A DNA stretch of 64,000 nucleotides from Candidatus Schekmanbacteria bacterium (GCA_016235675.1 JACRJN010000131.1:1779-65778), one strand, 5' to 3'; shown: positions 55,400 to 62,660, numbered from the stretch's first letter. Program-made: numbers and translations. The notes: a model not told the origin generated them from the sequence alone.

Positions 55400-57136
55400 A
55401 TGTCCATAAACAAACCTAAAAATTGGGATTTTTACCCCCCGAATCCCGAATTGCAAAAGAAACTCCAATCGGAATTAGGGATAAAATCCCGATTGGCCGA
55501 TCTGATGATCAACCGCGGCATCGAAACCGTCGCCGACGCCGGGATTTTTTTATGGGGGACTTTAGCGGAATTACACAGCCCATTTATCATGAAAGGGATG
55601 ACCACCGCCGCCGGAATCATTCTTAACGCCGTCCGGCAAAAAGATAAAATCTGTGTTTACGGGGATTACGACGTCGATGGATTAACCGGTGTGGCTTTGC
55701 TGTTCAAAACCCTGAGTTCGCTCCAGGCCGACGTGATCTTTTACATCCCCCACCGGCTGGAAGAAGGTTACAGCCTGAATTGTCAGGCGCTGGACGAGAT
55801 CAAAAACGCCTCCGTCAATTTAATCGTAACCGTGGACTGCGGCATCACCTCCTGCAACGAAGTCAATTACGCCAATAAATTGGGGATGCAGGTAATTATC
55901 AGCGACCATCATCAATTGGGAAATAATCTGCCTGCCGCCGCGGCCATTCTCAATCCCTTACAACCCGGATGTCCCTATCCTTTTAAAAAACTGTCCGGCG
56001 TAGGTATTGCCTTGAAATTAGCGCAGGCCATATTGGCGCAATCCGGTTTAATCCGCGAGGCGGCTGATCTTTTAAATAATGATTTGGACCTGGTAGCCCT
56101 GGGAACAATAGCCGATATGGTACCTTTAATGGGGGAAAACAGGATTTTAGTAAAATATGGTCTTAAACAATTGACAAATTCCTCCAAATCAGGTATAAAA
56201 GCATTAAAGCAGGTTACAGGTCTGGCTATTGACCAGGAAGTTAGCGTAGTAGACGTAGCATATAAGCTAGCCCCCCGGTTAAATGCCACCGGCAGAATGA
56301 GCGACCCTCAGCAGGGGTTGGAACTGCTGGTATCCAATAACGACACTGAAAGCGCTAATCTGGCTAAGCAAATAGAAGAAAACAATGTTCAGCGCAAAGC
56401 TATCGAAGGGATAATCCTGGAACAAGCCAGGACGCAATTGCAGCAAGCTATCGAGAACAACGCTCCGCCAAAAGCGATTATTTTAGCGGCCGAGGGCTGG
56501 CATATCGGCGTAATCGGAATCGTCGCCTCCCGCATAGTGGAAGAGTATTTCCGCCCGACGATCATTATCGGGCTTACATCGGGTGTCGGCAAAGGTTCAG
56601 GCCGAAGTATCCGTAACTTGCACCTGCAGCAAGTTTTATTGAAATGTCAGGATTTACTGCTGGAGTTCGGCGGCCATGAAATGGCGGCGGGCTTGAGTAT
56701 TCTGGAAGAAAATATACCCCGGTTCAAAGAGCGCATCAATCAACTGGTGGAAGATTCTTTACAGGAAAACGACTTTATACCCAGCTATAATCTGGACGGC
56801 GTGGTGGAATTAAAAGAGCTGACCTTGTCGTTTTGGCAGGAAATACAATTAATGGAGCCGTTCGGCATAGGCAATCCGGCGCCGTTATATTGTGCACGCC
56901 ATTTAGAAATAATGCCGCCGCTGCGCTTAGTGGGCAATAACCATTTAAAATTGAAGCTCAGGCAAAACGACCTGACTATGGAAGCCATCGGTTTTAATAT
57001 GGGAGATTGGCTCTCATTTTTAAATACTCCGGGCAATAAATCGATAGATGTGATTTTCCGCCCCCAGTTGAATGTCTGGCAAGGCAAAGAGCAATTGCAA
57101 TTGTCCCTGCAGGACATAGTGCAGACCAGGGATTAA
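55400..57136 (+). CDS. recJ: Single-stranded-DNA-specific exonuclease RecJ
   Basis: VYGDYDVDGLTG, TVDCGI and ISDHH (DHH) motifs, and GGHEMAAG (DHHA1). ATG at 55400. Confidence 0.93.
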   Translation: MSINKPKNWDFYPPNPELQKKLQSELGIKSRLADLMINRGIETVADAGIFLWGTLAELHSPFIMKGMTTAAGIILNAVRQKDKICVYGDYDVDGLTGVALLFKTLSSLQADVIFYIPHRLEEGYSLNCQALDEIKNASVNLIVTVDCGITSCNEVNYANKLGMQVIISDHHQLGNNLPAAAAILNPLQPGCPYPFKKLSGVGIALKLAQAILAQSGLIREAADLLNNDLDLVALGTIADMVPLMGENRILVKYGLKQLTNSSKSGIKALKQVTGLAIDQEVSVVDVAYKLAPRLNATGRMSDPQQGLELLVSNNDTESANLAKQIEENNVQRKAIEGIILEQARTQLQQAIENNAPPKAIILAAEGWHIGVIGIVASRIVEEYFRPTIIIGLTSGVGKGSGRSIRNLHLQQVLLKCQDLLLEFGGHEMAAGLSILEENIPRFKERINQLVEDSLQENDFIPSYNLDGVVELKELTLSFWQEIQLMEPFGIGNPAPLYCARHLEIMPPLRLVGNNHLKLKLRQNDLTMEAIGFNMGDWLSFLNTPGNKSIDVIFRPQLNVWQGKEQLQLSLQDIVQTRD

Positions 57137-57138
57137 GG

Positions 57139-57265
57139 TTCACTTAAGACGTAGCGCAGGGCTTTAGCCCTGCTTATGGCGGCTTTGGTAGGCACTCCGG
57201 AGCAGACCTAAAGGTCTGCTCTACGTTAAGTGAACAGTCTGCGCTACGTTAAGTGAACAGTATTG
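57139..57265. mobile_element. R-A MITE-like element at the recJ/cytochrome junction (left TIR lacks its first 8 nt; right end partly duplicated)
   Basis: TTCACTTAAGACGTAGCGCAGGGCTTTAGCCCTGC...GCAGACCTAAAGGTCTGCTCTACGTTAAGTGAACAGT CTGCGCTACGTTAAGTGAACAGTATTG. Flanked by GGATTAAGG at 57130..57138 and 57266..57274. Confidence 0.75.
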
Positions 57266-57288
57266 GGATTAAGGAGGGGTTTGGGGGA

Positions 57289-58773
57289 GTGTTAAAAAAG
57301 CAATTATTTTTTAGATTGTCGCTGGTTGTCGTTTTGGGATTTTATTTTATATGGCCGAATATCTTTTCCTGGGCGCAGGAAGAACCTGCTGCGATAAAAA
57401 CAGACAAACCGGAATTTGTGGAACCGGGTATGAATCCCAATGAGAACATACCCACTATCGATCAATTTGTTGTCCCGTCGGATCTGGCGCCTGCCGTAAA
57501 GGATATGGCGCCGCAAAAAAAAGAATCCGAAGCGGGTAAAAAGATAGAATCCGAAGCGCCGACATTACCCTCCGGCCTTCTCCCGGACAAAACACCGGCA
57601 GCCGCTCCTGTGGCACCGGAGATGCAGCCTACTTTAACGGACTGGAATAAAGAAAATTTACTGAAATCATATAGCGATTTTATGAAAATGATGTCTCCGA
57701 AACGGGATGGGATCAAATTGGAAGCGCAAACAACGGAAGCACAAGATAATCCGATTTGGAAATTTCATAGCTGGCTGCAAGACCAACTGGCAATTATGGA
57801 ACAAACCGGCGGAGAAACCGCCGGCGGCAAAGGCGGCCTGGAAGAACTGTGTTTTGTTTGCCATAACGGTAAATTGGTAGTCAACCCTAACTTCTCCGGC
57901 GATTATACCAGTATCAAGGATGTTTTTCAACTCACCAGCCGCCATCCGGTAAGAGCTGCCGATAAATCCAATTTCTACGATCCGCTGAATCCGGATGACC
58001 CGACCAAATCAGACCCGACCTGGGAACGCAAACTACAATGTACTACCTGCCATAATCCGGCGGTAGTTACCGGAAAAACCAAGGACGGCGGTTATCCCTT
58101 AACCCTGCCTACCGATCCCGAAGTCACCTGGACGCAAAAATTAATCGACGGCTGGCCTACTTTGGATAATCCACCCTGGCCTCATGACACCCCGCCCCGT
58201 CCGATAGTCTACGGGCGCCCCTATGCGGATGATCCCAATCCCGATGTGCCGGGGGACGAAAAATTGGGCCCCGATGCCACGGAATTACCTAATTTTACCT
58301 CCTATTGTCAAACCTGCCACCGGCAAATTTCCGGACGTTACGGCGTGAGCAATAACTATTCCCGCTTAAAATACGATCCGATCCGCTATATCAAGGGAGA
58401 TGGCGGCGGCAATGTTTCAACCCATGGTTTAGCGCGCGGCAGGGAAAGCAATACCCCACATTTAAAATTAAGAGAACCATTCTACTCTTTAAGATGCGAC
58501 GCAGAGGGAAATGTAGTTAACAATCTTTATCTGGCCTGCGTCGATTGCCATGAACCTCATGGCTCTTCCAATGCTTTTTTATTAAGAACGAAGGTAAACG
58601 GTGTAGCGGGTGTAAAAGCCGGGTATGACGGTAAATTTTTTACTTTATGTTCTAAATGTCACATTGTCGCCAATCCCTGGCCGGGCGGGTATCCGCACGG
58701 GTCTCCGGGGGATATGGCGGAAAGATCATGTATCCAGTGCCATAACCATTCATCAGGGGGGGGGCGTTTCTAA
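57289..58773 (+). CDS. Secreted or membrane-anchored hexahaem c-type cytochrome
   Basis: GTG start after AAGGAGGGG. Hydrophobic N-terminus. Six CxxCH motifs: CFVCH, CTTCH, CQTCH, CVDCH(EPHGS), CSKCH, CIQCH. About 190 aa Pro/Glu/Ala/Lys-rich linker before the haem domain. Confidence 0.85.
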   Translation: MLKKQLFFRLSLVVVLGFYFIWPNIFSWAQEEPAAIKTDKPEFVEPGMNPNENIPTIDQFVVPSDLAPAVKDMAPQKKESEAGKKIESEAPTLPSGLLPDKTPAAAPVAPEMQPTLTDWNKENLLKSYSDFMKMMSPKRDGIKLEAQTTEAQDNPIWKFHSWLQDQLAIMEQTGGETAGGKGGLEELCFVCHNGKLVVNPNFSGDYTSIKDVFQLTSRHPVRAADKSNFYDPLNPDDPTKSDPTWERKLQCTTCHNPAVVTGKTKDGGYPLTLPTDPEVTWTQKLIDGWPTLDNPPWPHDTPPRPIVYGRPYADDPNPDVPGDEKLGPDATELPNFTSYCQTCHRQISGRYGVSNNYSRLKYDPIRYIKGDGGGNVSTHGLARGRESNTPHLKLREPFYSLRCDAEGNVVNNLYLACVDCHEPHGSSNAFLLRTKVNGVAGVKAGYDGKFFTLCSKCHIVANPWPGGYPHGSPGDMAERSCIQCHNHSSGGGRF

Positions 58774-59774
58774 TGACGAATGAACTTGTGTTCGGCAGTG
58801 GCAGTATCATAGGGAAGAGTAAACCCATCAGGCATCTGTTTGGTCTCATCCCTTATTTGGCTGCCCAGGAAAATCCTGTTTTGATTCAGGGCGAAAGCGG
58901 CACCGGCAAAGAGCTAGTGGCTACCGCCATACATTCTTACAGTCAGCGTTCTCTGTCGCCGCTGATTAAAGTCAACTGTTCCGCCATAGATGAAACCTAT
59001 TTAGATGTCGAGTTATTCGGCGGGGTAAAAGAAACAGGAGAGGGGAAAAAAGAGGTAGCGAAGGGGTTATTCGAAATCGCCGACGGCGGCACAATTCTCC
59101 TGGATTGTATCGATAAATTACCCCCGGCGGGACAGGAAAAGCTCTCCCAGGTAATGAGCGAACATAAAATTCACCCCTTAGGTGTTCCGGAGATTAAGAA
59201 TATTAATGTACGGGTCCTGGCCACCACAGAATCTTCTTTAGCGGAGGCTGTCGGCCAGGGGGCATTTAATGAAGGTTTATACAACCAACTGCAAAATAAT
59301 GTCATCAGTATGCCGGCACTGCGCAAATTCCGGGAAGATATACCCTTGCTTGTCAAGCACTTTGCCACTAAATACAGCAAAAAACATAATAAATCAGTAA
59401 AAGGCATTTCGGCTGAAGCCTTGTCTATCTTGATGGAATACGACTGGCCGGGGAATATCAAAGAATTAGAGGAATGTATCGAGCAGGCTGTGATCATTGA
59501 GGATTTGGAAATCATCCAGGCGCACAGTCTGCCCTATGATTTGTTCCATACGGCGGAAAGCGCCCGTCATCGCCTGGCGGAGGAATATAATCTGCGCCGC
59601 CGCTTGAAGGCATTCGAGCGTCAATTGATCTTGCGCGCTTTAAACGAAACCAAATGGAAGAAGAAAGAAGCCGCTCAGTTAATGGGCATCGATCAGCGCA
59701 ATTTGAGCTATTTCTTAAGAAAGCATCACATTACCGATCCGGCCACCAGGGAAAAAGAGCGCGGGTATCTATAG
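58773..59774 (+). CDS. Sigma54-activator-like AAA+ / Fis-HTH protein with degenerate catalytic and sigma54-contact motifs, no N-terminal sensor domain
   Basis: GESGTGKE Walker A is intact. Walker B is GGTILLDCI (Cys in place of Glu). ELFGGVKETGEGKK replaces ELFGHEKGAFTGA. FNEGLYNQL replaces FRxDLxxRL. WPGNIKELEE and the C-terminal HTH are present. Confidence 0.8.
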   Translation: MTNELVFGSGSIIGKSKPIRHLFGLIPYLAAQENPVLIQGESGTGKELVATAIHSYSQRSLSPLIKVNCSAIDETYLDVELFGGVKETGEGKKEVAKGLFEIADGGTILLDCIDKLPPAGQEKLSQVMSEHKIHPLGVPEIKNINVRVLATTESSLAEAVGQGAFNEGLYNQLQNNVISMPALRKFREDIPLLVKHFATKYSKKHNKSVKGISAEALSILMEYDWPGNIKELEECIEQAVIIEDLEIIQAHSLPYDLFHTAESARHRLAEEYNLRRRLKAFERQLILRALNETKWKKKEAAQLMGIDQRNLSYFLRKHHITDPATREKERGYL

Positions 59775-59829
59775 CAGGACAGGCGTCCCGCCGGAAATTA
59801 TAAAATATTGTAGGGGCGGGGGTTTCCCC

Positions 59830-59966
59830 CAATGCTGTTGACTTAAGACGTAGCGCAGGGCTTTAGCCCTGCTTAAGACGCGGCATTTGACCCCTGTGGC
59901 TGTAGCAGACCTAAAGGTCTGCGCTACATAAACATCAAAACAAAATTCCTTAAGTCAACAGCATTG
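59830..59966. mobile_element. 137-nt R-A MITE-like element (TIR CAATGCTGTTGACTTAAGACGTAGCGCAG / ...CTTAAGTCAACAGCATTG) inserted in the loop of a GTAG hairpin
   Basis: 11-bp direct duplication GGGGTTTCCCC at 59819..59829 and 59967..59977. The host hairpin GTAGGGGCGGGGG TTT CCCCGCCC spans 59810..59981. Confidence 0.8.
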
Positions 59967-59996
59967 GGGGTTTCCCCGCCCTTTAATTAACTTAAG

Positions 59997-60057
59997 CCGT
60001 AGCCGTAGTGCCAGGGCTTTAGCCCTGGAAATTCAGCCCTAAAGGGCTTTAGACTAC
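59997..60057. repeat. R-B doublet with tandem CCGTAG x2
   Basis: CCGTAGCCGTAGTGCCAGGGCTTTAGCCCTGG...CAGCCCTAAAGGGCTTTAGACTAC. Confidence 0.9.
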
Positions 60058-60069
60058 GAAATTTAAGAG

Positions 60070-60410
60070 CTTATCCGTAAATAACCGTTACCTTTGGTTT
60101 CCCCCTTTAGCAAAGGGGGATTAAGGGGGATTTGCAAATTGTAATTTCCATAAAGAATTTGGCAGCGTTCTCAATCAGAGACCCAAAGCGTCATTGCGAG
60201 GCAGCCTTATCGCCGAAGCAATCTCATCCACACGCATGGAGATTGCTTCGCTTCGCTCGCAATGACACTTCGGAGTCTCCCTATTTCTACGCTACCAAGA
60301 ATTTAATCTTTTAACAATATGTCGTGTTCGAATAATTCTTAAGGTTAGATTCAATTTGAAAATCTCCCCAACCCCTCTTTGCCAAAGAGGGAAAAGTTAT
60401 TTACGGATAT
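60070..60410. repeat. R-I element (CTTATCCGTAAATAAC arms, CCCCCTTTAGCAAAGGGGG / CCCTCTTTGCCAAAGAGGG hairpins) interrupted by an R-C long-form copy at 60159..60298
   Basis: An uninterrupted R-I relative lies at about 31540..31660. The R-C copy runs TTGGCAGCGTTCTCAAT...CTACGCTACCAA. Confidence 0.8.
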
Positions 60411-60521
60411 ATTCTAAGTCTTTCTATTTCTACGCGACAATTTTTAAATAAATATTCTCTGTGTCTCAGTGGCTCTGTGTGAAAAATTTCTCCTGAATTT
60501 TAATTTAGCACCTACCCCATT

Positions 60522-61490
60522 ATGAAAATAATCTTTTGTGGCACGCCGGAATTTGCCCTCCCCAGCTTAAATACCCTACTGACGTCCAAACATCAGGTTT
60601 TGGCGGTGATTACCCCACCCGATCGCCCCGCAGGCCGGGGTAAAAAGCTCAAACCCTCTGCAATTAAGGAAGCCGCCTCAACTCATAATTTACCCATCTT
60701 GCAGCCGGGAAAAATCGGATCGGCGGATTCGCTGGAAAGCATGCGGCAATTGAATCCCGACGCCTTGGCAGTTGTCGCCTTCGGACAACTTCTCCCCCCC
60801 CCGGTACTGAATTTACCCCGCTACGGATGCATCAATGTCCATGCCTCCCTGCTTCCCAAATACCGGGGAGCGGCTCCCATCAATTGGGCGATCATCCGGG
60901 GGGAAACCCAAACCGGGGTCTGCACCATGCGGCTGGATAAAGGGATGGACACCGGCGATGTTATCTTATGCAAGGCTGTCGATATTAGGTCGGAGGAAAC
61001 CGCCGGAACATTACACGACAAGCTGGCCCCGCTGGGCGCGCAATTATTAGCGGAAACATTGGATCAGATCGAAGCGAATACCGCGCTTTATCATCCTCAA
61101 GACCATAACTCGGCCACCTATGCGCCGCTCTTGGATAAATCGATTACCATCATCGACTGGAAACAAAGCGCCGAACAAATCGACTGCCTGGTGCGCGGGT
61201 TAAATCCCTATCCCGGAGCAAAAACATTTTTGGACGATCTGCCGCTGAAAATTCTTACGGTGGAAATCAGCAAGCTAGCTAGCCCGGCCCTACCGGGACA
61301 AATAATTCAGCAAAATCGACGGCAGGGAATTTTAGTCGCGACAGGCAGCGCTCCCATTTGGCTGAAAACAATTCAGCCGGCCAACCGCCAGCCTATGACC
61401 AGTGGCGATTTTCTTTCCGGATTGCGTGAGTCTTTAATAAATAAGGAATTCCGTAGTCCCAGCCCTTTAGGGCTGAATCTCCAGGGCTAA
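60522..61490 (+). CDS. fmt: Methionyl-tRNA formyltransferase
   Basis: 322 aa. MKIIFCGTPEFA, INVHASLLPKYRGAAPI (SLLP) motif. The last ~12 codons and the stop lie inside an R-B doublet. Confidence 0.93.
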   Translation: MKIIFCGTPEFALPSLNTLLTSKHQVLAVITPPDRPAGRGKKLKPSAIKEAASTHNLPILQPGKIGSADSLESMRQLNPDALAVVAFGQLLPPPVLNLPRYGCINVHASLLPKYRGAAPINWAIIRGETQTGVCTMRLDKGMDTGDVILCKAVDIRSEETAGTLHDKLAPLGAQLLAETLDQIEANTALYHPQDHNSATYAPLLDKSITIIDWKQSAEQIDCLVRGLNPYPGAKTFLDDLPLKILTVEISKLASPALPGQIIQQNRRQGILVATGSAPIWLKTIQPANRQPMTSGDFLSGLRESLINKEFRSPSPLGLNLQG

Positions 61491-61504
61491 AGCCCTGGCA
61501 CTAC
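61453..61504. repeat. R-B doublet overlapping the fmt 3' end
   Basis: GTAGTCCCAGCCCTTTAGGGCTG AATCT CCAGGGCTAAAGCCCTGGCACTAC. The fmt stop TAA is in the second loop. Confidence 0.9.
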
Positions 61505-61555
61505 GACTGACAATGGACAACGAATTCATTATCCATTCAATAATGGAGAGCCCTC

Positions 61556-62155
61556 ATGAATTACATAGTAGCAATCAGCGGAGCCAGCGGAGCAATCTAC
61601 GCCCAACGATTGCTGCAAGCCCTGGCGCAGGAAGGCGCCCGGATCCAACTTATCATCAGCGATACTGCCCGCCTGGTGATCAAGCACGAACTGGGGATAG
61701 AACTAGCGGCTGACCCCACCGCCCAAAAAGCGATCATTGCTGAACAAATTCTGGGCAAGTCCGATTATCCCCATTTACACATCCACGCCATCGACAACCT
61801 GGCGGCCTCCATCGCCAGCGGCACAGCACCGATAGACGCCATGATCGTTCTTCCCTGCTCCATGGGCACACTCTCCCGCATCGCTCACGGCATTTCCGGC
61901 AACCTGATCGAACGCTCCGCCGACGTCGCCCTGAAAGAAAAACGCCCATTAATCTTAGCCCCCCGCGAAACACCCCTAAACACAATTCACCTGCGCAACA
62001 TGCTGGAATTATCCCAAGCCGGAGCGCAAATCATCCCCTGCATGCCAGCTTTCTACCACTGCCCTAAGCAAATCAACGACTTGATTGATTTTGTAGTCGG
62101 CAAGATTCTGGATGCGTTGAAAATCGATCATCAATTGTTTAAGCGCTGGGAATGA
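61556..62155 (+). CDS. ubiX: Flavin prenyltransferase UbiX
   Basis: 199 aa. VAISGASGAIYAQRLL and PCSMGTLS motifs. Confidence 0.9.
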   Translation: MNYIVAISGASGAIYAQRLLQALAQEGARIQLIISDTARLVIKHELGIELAADPTAQKAIIAEQILGKSDYPHLHIHAIDNLAASIASGTAPIDAMIVLPCSMGTLSRIAHGISGNLIERSADVALKEKRPLILAPRETPLNTIHLRNMLELSQAGAQIIPCMPAFYHCPKQINDLIDFVVGKILDALKIDHQLFKRWE

Positions 62156-62168
62156 TTTCTCGAATAAC

Positions 62169-62222
62169 GTAGTCTAAAGCCCTTTAGGGCTGAACCTCCA
62201 GGGCTAAAGCCCCGGCACTATG
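62169..62222. repeat. R-B doublet (right anchor degenerate: CACTAT)
   Basis: GTAGTCTAAAGCCCTTTAGGGCTG AACCT CCAGGGCTAAAGCCCCGGCACTAT. Confidence 0.85.
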
Positions 62223-62292
62223 GTAGGGGAAATTTTGAAACACTCAAAAATATATACAAACCGACAATATTATGCTATACTTTAAAAATTAT

Positions 62293-62660
62293 GGGGGCGA
62301 CTGGTTTCGACGGGGCTATTGAACCTCCAACTGCATGTCGAGCATTCTACTGACTCGTAAATCCGGTGGAAAAACAATAAACGCAAACTACTATGGCGAA
62401 AGCCAATTAGCTTTAGCCGCCTAATTAGTGCGGCTTCGTCCACCCTGCTTCGCTGATGGAGCGGGATGTGGGCGGCATATACATCAGATAGCGGATCCGC
62501 TTCGCCTAAGGGCGGACGAGCGAAACTACACTTTGGCTGGCCTTTCTTTGATCCTGCCGCCGGGAGCGGAAAGAGGCGAGAAACAATCCAGCGGCTAAAC
62601 ATGTAGAAGTTGCCGGCAAGGTACTCTCGGACGCGGGTTCGATTCCCGCCGCCTCCACCA
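62293..62660 (+). ncRNA. ssrA: tmRNA (SsrA)
   Basis: 5' GGGGGCGACTGGTTTCGACGGGG. 3' GGACGCGGGTTCGATTCCCGCCGCCTCCACCA. Acceptor stem pairs GGGGGCG with CGCCTCC and includes G3:U. Candidate tag ORF GCA AAC TAC TAT GGC GAA AGC CAA TTA GCT TTA GCC GCC TAA at 62383..62424 (ANYYGESQLALAA). Confidence 0.95.

Noticed and set aside
60132-60314. Small track ORFs inside repeat tracts: 60132..60314, 53914..54147, 51518..51736, 31594..31779, 31355..31597, 28317..28637, 28368..28622, 29074..29408, 33060..33432, 14234..14488
   Set aside because: Their sequences are read-throughs of palindromic repeats, for example ..LLRFARND.. from the R-C core and HEEHEGHEG from CACGAAG arms. They have no RBS or coding signature.
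4119-62222. Could the abundant short palindromic repeats be one or more CRISPR arrays?
   Set aside because: There is no array of one constant direct repeat alternating with unique spacers of fixed length. The units occur singly or as inverted doublets scattered between genes, with many different sequences. No cas genes are present.
62282-62602. 106-aa minus-strand ORF from the track
   Set aside because: It lies entirely antisense within the tmRNA gene, so it is a spurious ORF.
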